Shown here piece after piece: positions 39,403 to 53,434 of a stretch of DNA of 64,000 nucleotides. The notes under the pieces were generated by a model. It saw nothing but the letters and a program-made list of their open reading frames with translations. It ran no database searches and was not told the origin of the DNA. The DNA lies in the NCBI GenBank assembly GCA_951406725.2, contig OX597826.1, positions 71,486,001 to 71,550,000 on the forward strand, in the 5' to 3' direction. This DNA is from Octopus vulgaris (lineage: Eukaryota). Position 1 is the stretch's first letter. Every line of letters begins with the position of its first letter. Both the position numbers and the translations under genes were made by a program.

Positions 39403-39867
39403 TATTTCTTTACTACCCACAAGGGGCTAATCACAGAGGGAACAAACAAGGACAGACAAACGCATCGACCCCAGTGTGAAACTGGTACTTAATTTATCGA
39501 TCCTGAAAGGATGAAATGCAAAGTGGACCTTGGCGGAATTTGAACTCAGAACGTAACAGCAGACAAAATACGGCTACGCATTTCGCCCAGCATGCTAACG
39601 TTTCTGCCAGCTCTCCGCCATCCTAACACCAGTGACCTATTTCTTTACTACCCACAAGGGGCTAAACACAGAGGAAACAAACAAGGACAGACACATGGAT
39701 TAAGTCAATTACATCGACCCCAGTGTGAAACTGGTACTTAATTTATCGATCCCAAAGGATGAAAGGCAAAGTCGACCTCAGCAGAATTTGAACTCAGAAC
39801 GTAACAGCAGACGAAATACGGCTATGCATTTCGCCTGGCGTGCTAACGTTTCTGCCAGCTCGCCACC
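39403..39867 (-). mobile_element. Two tandem SINE family A copies inserted in an RTE-like 3' end
   Basis: Reverse-complement SINE A twice. cctaacaccag recurs at about 39387, 39622 and 39870. Confidence 0.8.
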
Positions 39868-40212
39868 ATCCTAACACCAGCTACCTTACAAAATGTACAG
39901 GGTGCTTTTTACATGGCACTATCACCAGTGTTTTTGACATGGCACCAGCACCCACACCAATACTTTTTGCATGGCACCGTGGTTTTAGAATCCCAATTCT
40001 ATTGTGGTGGATGAATCTTCTCAAGTATTGCAACATGGCACATATCTCGGTCTTCTGTCATCTTCTTCATAAGGTTTGGTGTTTTGTCCCATGGTTTCCT
40101 GATACTCTCTGTGTATGTGTGTGTATGGAAGAGAGAGAGAGAGAAAGATAGGAACAAATAGTTAGTGTAAAGTGGCTGTATTCTTATCCTTTACATATAA
40201 ATTATACATTAA

Positions 40213-40434
40213 CCCTTTAGCTTTTAAACCGGGCCATATCCAGCCAAAAGTACTCTGCCTGTTTTATGTTCAAACTGACCAGATCTGGTCTCTCACACCA
40301 ACCCTACAATATCATTTTAAAAGTTAACAGTTACCTCATCAAAATCTCAAAGCTACAACATAATGCATGATTAGTTCAAAACAATGTGGATAAAAAAGGA
40401 TTAATTTTGGCAGAATAATGCAAACACTAAAGGG
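40213..40434. mobile_element. piggyBac-type MITE
   Basis: TTAA-ccctttag .. ctaaaggg-TTAA. Confidence 0.8.
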
Positions 40435-40857
40435 TTAAAGACAACATATGCTCCCATGAACTTATGCTGGATTTCCTAACTACACAAATGTATAAGTATA
40501 GCACATATTCATGACATGATTCATAGGAAAAACATATGCATATGAACTTATGAATTTATGACTCCATGGGCCCAGTTTGGTGTCAAAAATCTATGAAATC
40601 TTATTAATTAAATCAATGAAAGCCATGAAATCCCAAACATGGGCAAAACAGATAACAATTAAGATATTCCTATAAGTTACTTCCTGTAATCTGTGTATTC
40701 ATTTTGAAATCTTGTTCACTCTCATGTAACCACATGTATTCTTATCCAAAATGGAAATGAGTTCAACTACCCTACTTTCAGGTGGGATAGTTGAGGCTTG
40801 TTGGCTTTTAACCCACAAAGTATATATTATTTATATATATTCATATATATTCCTGAA

Positions 40858-41010
40858 GGCGCAGGAGTGGTTGTGTGGTAAGTAGCTTGCTTACCAACCA
40901 CATGGTTCCGGGTTCAGTCCCACTGGGCAAGTGACTTCTACCATAGCCTCAGGCCAACCAAAACCTTGTTAGTGCATTTGGTAGACAGAAACTGGAAGAA
41001 GCCTGTCATA
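40858..41010 (+). mobile_element. SINE family B 5' half; the 3' half is at about 45300-45515, separated by nested insertions
   Basis: Head ggcgcaggagtggttgtgtggtaag. The internal (TA)n holds Helitrons and an LTR. The tail resumes tgtttgtccctccaccatc.. at about 45310. Confidence 0.7.
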
Positions 41011-41022
41011 TATATATATATA

Positions 41023-41417
41023 TCTTTATATATGAAAGTCAAGTTGTGTGTCTGTCTCCTACAATTTAGATTCCTAACTACTCCCACATTTTGCGGTGCA
41101 GTTTAACCAAGTATCTTATAGTCGGGATTCATATCGAGCCCTTCTGGGTATTAGCGCGCGTCTATGATGAGTCTACCATTTAAAAAAAAATTTACCATCA
41201 TTTTTTTCCATTTTAATGCATTTTTTTTCCTTTATTATATAAGGGAAGTAACTCTCTAAAAATGTCTACGATGAGTCAACGATTTCTAAAAAAATTTACC
41301 ATCATTTTTTTTTCCATTTTTAATGCATTTTTTTGCTATTTTTTGGCTATAACTCTCTAAAAATGCTTATATAGTTATTTCCCTTACAAACCCGAGTAAC
41401 GCCGGGCGATACTGCTA

Positions 41418-41418
<1 letters not shown>
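41023..41418 (+). mobile_element. Non-autonomous Helitron (related subfamily)
   Basis: 5' TC. 3' cccgagtaacgccgggcgatactgCTAG. Confidence 0.8.
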
Positions 41419-41458
<40 letters not shown>

Positions 41459-41950
41459 ACCAAGTAAGTTAGGAGTTGTGGATCCAACCCACTAAGGGAT
41501 AATACTTATCAAATATACTGTTGGTATAATACCCAAATTATTAATACACAAGTGTTTTCAATTGCAATACAATAAACTTACTTATTTTATTAAATGGGTG
41601 AAGGTAAAGAAATATTTTATCATTAATTTGTATTACAAATAAGAAGATAGAGAAACACATTAGTTGGTTTATCAGCTTTTAGGATATTAGAATGTTGACT
41701 TATTTATTTATCAAAACGACAACCATAACATATATACATATAGTATATTATTCAATGTATATAAGATAAGAATACAAGTAGGTATTAAAAAACATTAATA
41801 TAATTTGTTAAAATCATTTAACAATTTATGTTGTTGTATGTTGTTAAGGTTGTCGTTTTGTTAAATAAATAAGTCAACGTTCTAATCTCCTAAAGCTGAT
41901 ATACCGTCTAATGTATTTGTCCATTTTCTTATTTGTAATATATATATATA

Positions 41951-42400
41951 CTAGCAGTATCACCCGGCGTTGATCGGGTTTGTAAGGGAAATAACTATAT
42001 AAGCATTTTTAGAGAGTTACTTCCCTTATAGATGCCAATTCGGGCTTTCTTAGCCATTTCTGTTTTGGTGTCTTCAAGCCATGAAGTCGTTGTTCTAAAA
42101 GAACGCTGGTCTCCTTGACAATGCTTTACGACGTTGATTTCCTTACACTCCCTTCCCCACAGCTTCACGAGGGAGGGAAGAAGGGGGAGAAGCAAACAGG
42201 TGCAGGTGTTTGAGCGTGGACGCCAACTCCGCCGCCATCGACACACGAAAAATTATGCATTAAAATGGAATAAAAAATGATGTTAAATTATTTTTTAAAT
42301 CGTAGACTCATTGTAGACGCGCGCTAATACTCAGACGGGCTCGATATGAATCATGACTATAAGATACCCGAATTTGGTTAAACAGTTTTATATATATAGA
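41951..42400 (-). mobile_element. Non-autonomous Helitron
   Basis: Same family as 31173-31683, with an internal deletion near the 5' end. Confidence 0.85.
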
Positions 42401-42404
42401 TATA

Positions 42405-42917
42405 TCTATATATATAAAACTGTAGTTGTGTGAGTGTCTGTCCTCTTCGATTTAGATTCCTAACTACTCCCACATTTTGCGGTGCAGTTTAACCAAATTC
42501 GGGTATCTTATAGTCGTGATTCATATCGAGCCCGTCTGAGTATTAGCGCGCGTCTACGATGAGTCTACGATTTTAAAAATAATTTAACATCATTTTTTAT
42601 TCCATTTTAATACATAATTTTTCGTGTGTCGATGGCGGCGGAGTTGACGTCCATGGTCACACCTGCACCTGTTTGCTTCTCCCCCTTCTTCCCTCCCTCG
42701 TGAAGCTGTGGGGAAGGGAGTGTAAGGAAATTAACGTCGTAAAGCGTTGTCAAGGAGACCAGCGTTCTTTTAGAACAACGACTTCATGGCTTGAAGACAC
42801 CAAAACAGAAATGGCTAAGAAAGCCCGAATTGGCATCTATAAGGGAAGTAACTCTCTAAAAATGCTTATATAGTTATTTCTCTTACAAACCCGAGCAACG
42901 CCGGGCAATACTGCTAG
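42405..42917 (+). mobile_element. Non-autonomous Helitron
   Basis: 5' TC at 42405. 3' hairpin followed by CTAG at 42914-42917. Confidence 0.87.
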
Positions 42918-42952
42918 TATATATATACATATACATATATATGTATATATAC

Positions 42953-43018
<66 letters not shown>

Positions 43019-43031
43019 GTATATATACATA

Positions 43032-43104
<73 letters not shown>

Positions 43105-43117
43105 GTATATATACATA

Positions 43118-43205
<88 letters not shown>

Positions 43206-43748
43206 AGATAAATAAAAATATATGCATACATACAAACATATATGTACGTACCTACATCTACATGTATATATACATGCATATATAAATAATTATACGGGAG
43301 TACAGGACATCACAAAAAGACGTAGAAACGGAAAAAGCCAAAAAACAAGAAAACGGAAAACGAAAAACAAGAAAACGAAAAACAATTACAGGACGAGCTA
43401 CACAAGGACAAAACCCCCGTCATCAGCTGTCGCTAGAGGAGTCAGGCATGTTTCGAAGGCATAACAGAACACTAATCCAATAGGCCTTCCTGCGAGAGAA
43501 TTAAAATAAAATTCTAAGCAGCGGGGCAAAATAAGTACGAACATAAACAAGACGTAACAATAAGACTGCAAAATTAAAATACATGTACAAAAACAAACAC
43601 AAGAGGACGAATGAAAAAGCCTTTTTTTCTGGCATAGACAAACGATAAAACTGCAAAAATAAAAATACATGTACAAAAAGTACAATTAGTTACAAAACGA
43701 GAAAATAACAAGAATACTATACAGGAAATATATATATACATATACATA

Positions 43749-43811
<63 letters not shown>

Positions 43812-43830
43812 GTATATATACATATACATA

Positions 43831-43977
<147 letters not shown>

Positions 43978-43987
43978 ATATATATAT

Positions 43988-45221
43988 TGTTACGGGTTTA
44001 GCTAGTGTAGTATGTCCCAGTGACCTACTTTAGGATAAACCCATTGTCCTGTCAGATTCAGGTGAATTAAGGGTCAGTGAAGAAGTGAAGAGGAGGACAG
44101 ATTAAGGGAATCTAAGAGCAGATGGAGAGGGTATTGACAGTAGGAGAGAAGGACAGGCAGAGAGTTTGGTAGAGCTGTCATGAGAGAGATAGTGTATAAG
44201 ACTAAGGGACAGATAGAGAGGCTAAGGGACAGTAGGCGATATAGATAGAGTAAGGAATCAGATAGCAAATAGAAAGACTATAGGTGGTAGAACAGAGGGA
44301 GATGAGGGAGTGGAAGAAGCATAGAGACGAAGTGAGGTCTTGGCAGTTGGGAGTTGGTCGTCAGGAAGGACGGATCTGGGCAGTCGTTGAGCGGTCGTCG
44401 AGGAGCACAGACGGATCTGGCAGTTGGGAGTTGGTCGTCAGGAAGGACGGATCTGGGCAGTCGTTGAGCGGTCGTCGAAGAACACAGACGGACTCTGGAG
44501 GTCAGAGCGAGTGGATGGAACCTTGGATTTAAGGAGCAAGCGTTGGAATTCCTGGGAGCGAGCTGGGATGCGAGGAGGCCTAGGGGCAAGCGATTGGAAT
44601 ATGCACAGAGGGGAATTAGCAGAGTATTCAGAGGATTTGGCAGTATTCAGAGATGAGTGCAGAATGGGACACTGGCGATTCAGTTAGGAATTGAGGTATG
44701 TGTTTTGTGCATTGATATGTGTCACGGTGTAAAGAACAGTGGTGTTTAAAAACAAGGACTCTGTCGATATAGTCGATAAAGGACATTGTGAATTGAAGAG
44801 TAAAGGACTTGTTGATGTGACGTTATTTGTGATGTTTAGAAAAAGAGACTTTAGAGAACTGTGTCTTCGGACGTGTACCTTTGAAATACTGTATATGACT
44901 TGTTGCGTCTCCGGACTGATATATTGTTACATGATGTTGTATTATGTATTGAGTAGTCACGTGCATGCTTTGATGTATCTTGATGTTGTAACATTGTAAT
45001 TGTCGTATAAACTGTTGTTTGAATATAAGCCAGTGTTGCCAGTTGTTGCCTTGCCTCTTTGGGTTGTATCTCGGGTTGTGCCTCTGTATCTCTGTGCTGT
45101 TGAGGTTGTGGCAGTATCTATCTGTATCTCCTCTCTCCGCCTCTTTGGGTTCCGTGGCGGAACTTGTGTGTGAGCCGTTCGGGACGGGCGACGACGGGTG
45201 ATTCCGCTCCGTTTCGTAACA
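43988..45221. mobile_element. Solo LTR of about 1.23 kb, probably Gypsy-type, inserted in (TA)n
   Basis: TGTTACG..CGTAACA termini, ATAT on both sides, internal tandem duplication of about 77 bp (about 44338-44492), no credible coding frame. Confidence 0.7.
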
Positions 45222-45236
45222 ATATATATATGTATG

Positions 45237-45275
<39 letters not shown>

Positions 45276-45914
45276 GTGTGTGTGTTTGTATGTATATGAT
45301 TGTGTGTCTGTGTTTGTCCCTCCACCATCACTTGACAACCTGTGTTGGTGTGTTTATGGCCCCCGTAACTTAGTGGTTCGGCAAAAGAGACAGTAAAATA
45401 AGTACCAGGCTTACAAAGAATGAAATCCTGAAGTCCTGGGGTCGATTTTACTGACTAAATATGGCACTCCAGCATGGCCTCAGTCAAATGACTGAAACAA
45501 ATAAAAGAATAAAAGAACATATGTATGTATATATATATAATATATGTCTGTGTGTGTGTGGGCAGGGAGTGGGGAAATGTGTGTATATGTATGTATGTGT
45601 ATGTGAGTATTTATGTGTGCTCTTGTCTAGACACCAAGTGATGGTTGTAAGTAGTCATCGTTGTCATACAAACATGTCTGGCCATGAGGGAAATTTTGTT
45701 TGGAAACAGATGAAGGTTAGCAGCAGAAAGAGCATCCAGTCATAGAAAATCTGTTTCTATGAGTTCCATGTGACCCCTTGCAAGCATGGAAAACTGGATG
45801 TTAAATGATGATGATGATGATGAAGTATATACAAAGGTGTATGTCTGTGTGTGTGTGTGTGCTTGCATTGTGTGTAGTGTGTGTGTTTCTATATATATAT
45901 GTATATCAATATAT

Positions 45915-46143
45915 ATTTCTTTATTGCCCACAAGGGGCTAAACATAGAGGGGACAAACAAGGACAGACAAAGGGATTAAGTCGATTATATCGACCCAGTG
46001 CCAAACTGGTACTTTATTTATCGACCCCGAGAGGATGAAAGGCAAAGTCGACCCCGGCGGAATTTGAACTCAGAATGTAACGACAGACGAAATACAGCTA
46101 AGCATTTTGCCCGGCGCGCTAATGTTTCTGCCAGCTCGCCGCC
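45915..46143 (-). mobile_element. SINE family A
   Basis: Full reverse-complement copy. Confidence 0.85.
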
Positions 46144-46823
46144 TTTTGTATATCAATATATGCTTGTATGTATATGTATGTGTGATGTGGGCATGTGTAC
46201 GTGTGTGTCTATACGCACACATGTAAATGGAGAATGTACCTCATACAGTGTGAAAGTTAAATATAAACAGTCTTGACTTAATCCCGCATTACTCGATGTT
46301 TTGTAGGCATAAATCTATGCATCTGGTTTTGAAAACCCTTTAAGAATAAAAAGACTAAGTGGAAAGCAGTGGGTTCGGAGTAAAAATAGTTGGGATTCAG
46401 TTCAAGTCACTTGCTGAAGTTGACAGTTCAGCAACAAGGGATTCTCGTTGTTGTTCCTCGTGGCTTAACAGACAGCCTAGCAACACTAACTTGTCTATCA
46501 CCTGTAGAAGTTGACAGGTCAGAAATGCTAAGTGTAGCATTAGGGAAACTGTTTCACTGGTAACAGAATCACCCGATGAAACCAGAGAAGGGAAGCTCCT
46601 GAAGAAGTGAATTACTGTGTTGAAATCACTGATCGTTAGGTTCGTATAATTTTATGGGATCATCTAGTTTGACAAATGGCTCTACAGAATATAATTTGTA
46701 AGGAGAGGGGCCAGAGAAAATTCAAAGGGATTTCAGCTGTTGACGAATGTGGTGTCGGTGGAATCTGAGTAGCTATAATGTCTTCTTTTCAGTAGTTGTG
46801 CTGTCCAGTTTTGGAAGCAATGA

Positions 46824-46892
<69 letters not shown>

Positions 46893-47030
46893 GTCTATCT
46901 ATCCAGGCTCACACTAGGTAAAAAGTTGGAAATTGTTTTGGTGGCCCATAATACTCCATGGATCCTAAGCAAGGCATGTGTAAAATTTGAATGAAATTAT
47001 TTGGGTAGTTCTCAAGTTTTAGTGATGCAC

Positions 47031-47067
<37 letters not shown>

Positions 47068-47459
47068 AAAAATGAGAATGTGGGTGTGTCTGTCTCTTTA
47101 TCTATGAGTGAGTGTGTGTGTGTGTGTGTGTCGTGTGCGTCACTAAAACTCGAGAACTACCCAAACGATTTCATTCAAACTTTACACCTGTTTTACTTAA
47201 GGATCCATGGGTACCTATGTTTTCTATGGGGCTTTTTCATGAGCAGCCCTCAAACATCTCCTCCTTATTGAAGATTAAACAGTGTTGATTTCTTTTGGGG
47301 TTTTTTCCCCTCTTTTATAACTTTGTTAGTCTTGTTTACACACAAAACCCTCACAACAACAACACACTCACATACAAACACACACATTCTTTGCTTTGTC
47401 CTGTACTGTCCATAATGTTTTTCTTCATGTGGTTTAATAAAGAAATCATTATTATTATT

Positions 47460-47499
<40 letters not shown>

Positions 47500-48019
47500 A
47501 TGCCAACATTGATTATAATGATTATTATTACATAAACGTAAAATTTAGCCTTGTGAAAAATTGATTAATTCACTGACGATAAAATCTCAGTGTTGTTGGC
47601 TGGATGGTTTTCCACATTTCCATATAAATATATACATTAGCACACGCATGTGTATAAATGCATTTAATATGCATGTAATATATACATACATACATAGAAG
47701 GCGGACATTAAACGATGACGATGATGACATACATAAGCATGTGTGTGTGTGTGGCTGAGTAGGCTGACTGACAACGATTGATTGAATGTTGTTAATTATT
47801 GAAATAGACATGGTAATCAATTGTATTAACTGTGATGCTTGGTGCAGCGGTGGGCGGGGACTAAAGTGAAGGACAGTTTGTTTCCATTCTTTATTTCTTT
47901 GCTCAGTTGTCTATTTCCCTGTATCACAGCCAAATTACAATTCATATAGTGTTGTTTGGTTATGTTGATGTTTTTTCACTCCTAGATGAAATGCCTTTCC
48001 GTAAATGTGCATGTTTTAC

Positions 48020-48818
48020 TGGGCGAAATGCTGAGCGGTATTTCGTCTGCCGCTACGTTCTGAGTTCAAATTCCACCAAGGTCGACTTTGCCTTTCGTCT
48101 TTTCGGGATCGATAAATTAAGTACTAGTTATGCACTGGGGTCGATGTAATCGACTTAATCCGTTCGTCTGTCCTTGTTTGTCCTCTCTGTGTTTAGCCCC
48201 TTGTGGGTAGTAAACAAATAGGTATTTCGTCTACTGTTACGTTCTGAGTTCAAATTCCACCAAGGTCGACTTTGCCTTTCATCCTTTCAGAGTCGATAAC
48301 TTAAGTACCAGTTACACACTGAAGTCGATGTAATCAACTTAATCCCTTTGTCTTTGTTTGTCCCCTCTGTGTTTAGCCCCTTGTGGGTAATAAAGAAACA
48401 GTTACGTTCTGAGTTCAAATTCCGCCGAGGTCAACTTTGCCTTTCATCTTCTCAGGATCGATAAATTAAGTACCAGTTATGCACTGGGGTCGATGTAATC
48501 GACTTAATCCGTTTGTCTGTCCTTGTTTGTCCCCTCTATGTTTAGCCCCTTGTGGGTAATAAAGAAGCAGTTACATTCTGAGTTCAAATTCCACCGAGGT
48601 CAACTTTGCCTTTCATCCTTTCAGGATCGATAAATTAAGTACCAGTTATGCACTGGGGTTGATGTAATCGACTTAATCCATTCGTCTGGCCTTGTTTGTC
48701 CCCTCTATGTTTAGCCCCTTGTGGGTAATAAAGAAACAGTTATGTTCTGAGTTCAAATTCCACCGAGGTCAACTTGGCCTTTCATCTTTTCGGAGTCAAT
48801 AAATTAAGTACCAGTTAT
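48020..48818 (+). repeat. Tandem array of the SINE family A body (about 165-185 bp, about 4.5 units)
   Basis: gttctgagttcaaattcc..gtttagccccttgtgggt..aaagaaa recurs at about 48057, 48241, 48406, 48576 and 48745. Confidence 0.88.
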
Positions 48819-48831
48819 GGAAGATATTTAA

Positions 48832-48898
48832 ATCACCTGAAGAATGACTGTAACCCGAAATTTTAAGAATTGGACAGCCATGAAACGATCGTAGTGTT
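48832..48898 (+). ncRNA. Type I hammerhead ribozyme motif
   Basis: ATCAC-CTGAAGA-ATGACTGT..ACAGCCAT-GAA-ACGATCGT-A-GTGTT. Confidence 0.75.
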
Positions 48899-49236
48899 AT
48901 ACTAATTATCTTTTTTTAATAATTTTGATATATATTTAAAATAATATAAATTAATTATCTTATGTATTGGCTTGAGTTTTTCATTGTATGATTTGCCTAA
49001 TAGTGGTTTTATCTCTAATTTAATATAATATATATATATATATATATACGATGGGCTTCTTTCAGTTTCCATCTACCAAATCCATCACAAGACTTTGCTC
49101 GGCCCAAGGTTATAGTAGAAGACACTTGCCCAATGTGTCACACAGTGGGACTGAACCTGGAACCATATGGTTGGCAAACAAGCTTCTTACCACACAGCCA
49201 CGCCTATGCCTGTATACATATCTGTGTGTGTGTGTG

Positions 49237-49274
<38 letters not shown>

Positions 49275-49609
49275 TGTCATCATCATCCATCCACTTGCTA
49301 CTTCAACATCTTAGCTATGTTCACAACTTTTCTACCATTTTCAACTTTTCTAACCTGTACTTAACAAATTGTATTTCATTGACTTGGTTCTGCAATTTTT
49401 TTCTTTTTTTTTGACTTGGTTCTGCATTTTTTTCCTTTTATTTTCTTTTTATTTATTTATCTATTTATTTATTCATTTTTGCTGTAATTCTTTTAAAGAG
49501 TTTTGAGCGACAGGGAAGTAGGCAGGTATGCAAATAGATATATAAACAGACACACAGACAGACAGGCAGGCAGAGAATCAAACAGGTAGGTAGGTGGATA
49601 GACAGACAT

Positions 49610-49642
<33 letters not shown>

Positions 49643-49870
49643 GACGGAGGGACGGGCGGACGGATATACGGGTAGATTGGTATGTAGGTATGTAGACAGG
49701 TAGTTAGGTCAAACATTTTGAGTAATTGTTTTTGCTACATAAACGTATCATTTATGAAAATAACATTTAATATTAAAATCATCAGCGTTCGTTCGTTCTT
49801 TTGTTTTGATAATGGCATTAGTTGTACAACTTGTTGATCTATCACTGTCCATGTATATATATATATATAT

Positions 49871-49947
<77 letters not shown>

Positions 49948-50212
49948 TATAATGGCCTACTTCCTTTCTGTCTCTTTGCCTTTCGTTTTTTGTCGCCTGC
50001 TATTTTAACTTTGTACTACTTTTCTTGTTGCTTCTACTTCGAACAAAGCTCCTGTCCCTTTATTCTCCTTTTTTTTTACCTACCCCTTACTCTTGCAGCA
50101 TTCTTTCATATCCGGTTCCCTTTTCTTTCCTATTTTCCACTGGCTCTCTTTCCCCTTCCCCATCAATAGATAGATAGATAGATAGATGGATGGATGGATG
50201 GATGGATGGATG

Positions 50213-50355
<143 letters not shown>

Positions 50356-50450
50356 GGATATGTTTCTTTATTAGCCACACAGGGCTGCACACAGACAACA
50401 AATTACAAGGTAGAGCTTTTCTTTTGAGGGTAAAAAAAAGGGTAAAATTA

Positions 50451-51286
50451 CAGATTATCACCCCCACGATTTTCACAAAAAAAAAAAAAAACTCGGATTT
50501 TTTGCGTGGAATCAAATACCCTGACCTCCTAATATGCTGCAAATCCCGTATTTTGGTCCGGAATTCCTCCGGAAAGGGGGGGGGTATTACCCCCCACGGA
50601 ATTTTCACAAGGAAAAAAAAAAATCAGATTTCTAGCGTGGAATCAAGTACCCTGACCTCCTAATATGCTGCAAATCCCATATTTTGGTCCGGAAAGGGGG
50701 GTAACACCCCCCCCCCTGGAATTTTCACAAGAAAAACAAAATCAGATTTTTTGCGTGGAATCAAGTACCCTGACCTCCTAATATGCTGCAAATCCCATAT
50801 TTTGGTCCGGAATTGCTCCGGAAAGGGGGGGTAACCCCCTCCCCCGGAATTTTCACAAGGAAAAAAAAATAACATATCAATAATTTAGAAAAGAAACATT
50901 TCTAGAAAATAGTAAATTGAAGTGTCAACAAATTATTGGGCAAAATTGAAGTGTGAACAAATCATTGGGCAAAAGAAGATTTGGCATACTGTCATGCTTT
51001 TTAGCTGTCAGAAGTGAAAGTCGTCAACTTCGTGTATTTGCGTCAGGTTCGCTGTTAGGCTTATAAAACAATAGAAGTTCAGTTTAAAGTTTATAAATAA
51101 ATACATTTCATTCCATGTTCTGTTTAAACTTTATAAATAAATATATTCTTGCAGTGTGTGTATATGTGGCTATATGTCTGACTAATGTGTGTATAAGTAG
51201 TTATATGCTTATATTATCCATTATAGTAATATTTGTCTGTTGAAACCTGTTTTAAGGCGGTCAATAGTTTAATTAGAGATGTATAT

Positions 51287-51317
<31 letters not shown>

Positions 51318-51338
51318 CAGGTGTATATATACATGTGT

Positions 51339-51398
<60 letters not shown>

Positions 51399-52512
51399 TA
51401 TATACACATGTCTATATATATACACATGTATATATAAATATATATATACACATGTATATATATATACATGTATAGACACATCTTTAATTAAACTATTGAC
51501 CGCCTTAAAACGGGTTTCAACAGACAAATATTACTATAATGGATAATGTAATGGATAAAATTCAGACAAACTTACCTCTTGCTGTCAAAAAAAGTGGATT
51601 AATTCTCAGCAAAACATACTGTTATGCTAGACCAGTGGTTTTCAACCAGGGTTCCGCAAGAAGTTGCAAAACTGCTAAAATCGGCAGTAATTTTTAATTC
51701 TCCTGTGCAGATATGTGTGCATAAGACTATTAAATTATTGTACAGGGGTTCCTCGAGCCAGTGGAATGTTTGAATTACGCTCTGTGATAGTGTCAGGTTC
51801 TAATTTTTACTTCTGATCTCTCTCTGTGCCGCCCTCTCTATCTCAAACTAATTTTTGTGTGGTGGGGAGACAGATGAACAATGTCTCATGAACCATTTCT
51901 TAAACATACACGATATAGTCTATAAATTCGGTATGTTTTTGAAAGATAATATATTTTATCATCAGAATATATATACTTTCTCACACTACAATTAAGGTAT
52001 ATTTATTTTAAATCGTTCATCTTTTCCCGCCCACAACAAAACTTGGCGCGAAAACTTTTCTAAATATCAGCAGAATGAACAACTGAGATAGAGAGGGGGG
52101 GCAAAGAGAGATCAGAAGCAAAAATTAGAAACTGAAACCACACAGCGTAATTCAAACATTCCACTGGCTCGAGGAACCCCTGTACAATAATTTAATAGTC
52201 TTATGCACATATATCTGCACAGGAGAATTAAAAATTACTGCCGATTTTAGCAGTTTTGCAACTTCTTGCGGAACCCTGGTTGAAAACCACTGGTCTAGCA
52301 TAACAGTATGTTTTGCTGAGAATTAATCCACTTTTTTTGACAGCAAGAGGTAAGTTTGTCTGAATTTTATCCATTACATTATCCATTATAGTAATATTTG
52401 TCTGTTGAAACCCGTTTTAAGGCGGTCAATAGTTTAATTAAAGATGTGTCTATACATGTATATATATATTTATATATACATGTGTATATATATAGACATG
52501 TGTATATATATA

Positions 52513-52553
<41 letters not shown>

Positions 52554-53434
52554 ACACATGTATATATACACCTGTATATATATATATATATATATACATG
52601 TATAGATACATCTTTAATTAAACTATTGACCGCCTTAAAACAGGTTTCAACAGACAAATATTACTATAATGGATAATATAAGCATATAACTACTTATACA
52701 CACATACAATAAATACAGACACACACATTAGTCAGACATATAGCCACATATACACACACTGCAAGAATATATTTATTTATAAAGTTTAAACAGAACATGG
52801 AATGAAATGTATTTATTTATAAACTTTAAACTGAACTTCAATTGTTTTATAAGCCTAACTGCGAACCTGACGCAAATACACGAAGTTGACGACTTTCACT
52901 TCTGACAGCTAAAAGCATGACAGTATGCCAAATCTTCTTTTGCCCAATAATTTGTTGACACTTCAATTTACTATTTTCTAGAAATGTTTCTTTTCTAAAT
53001 TATTGATATGTTATTTTTTTTTCCTTGTGAAAATTCCGGGGGAGGGGGTTACCCCCCTTTCCGGAGCAATTCCGGACCAAAATATGGGATTTGCAGCATA
53101 TTAGGTCAGGGTACTTGATTCCACGCAAAAAATCTGATTTTTTTTTCTTGTGAAAATTCCGGGGGGGGGGGGTGTTACCCCCCTTTCCGGACCAAAATAT
53201 GGGATTTGCAGCATATTAGGAGGTCAGGGTACTTGATTCCACGCTAGAAATCTGATTTTTTTTTTTTCCCTTGTGAAAATTCCGGGGGGGGGGGTAATAC
53301 CCCCCTTTCCGGAGGAATTCCGGACCAAAATATGGGTTTTGCAGCATATTAGGAGGTCAGGGTATTTGATTCCACGCAAAAAATCCGAGTTTTTTTTTTT
53401 TTTTCTTAGTGAAAATCGTGGGGGTGATAATCTG
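50451..53434. mobile_element. Foldback-type DNA element of about 3 kb with arms of about 1.4 kb
   Basis: TA-cagattatcacccccacg .. cgtgggggtgataatctg-TA. Each arm has three subrepeats of about 120 bp and a nested palindrome (51214-51548 and 52378-52678). Confidence 0.88.

Noticed and set aside
44278-44687. ORFs within the LTR-like element
   Set aside because: Derived from purine-rich sequence and an internal duplication, with no gag or pol motifs.
48020-48818. Regularly spaced repeats resembling a CRISPR array
   Set aside because: Whole units repeat with no unique spacers. They are SINE bodies in eukaryotic DNA with no cas genes.
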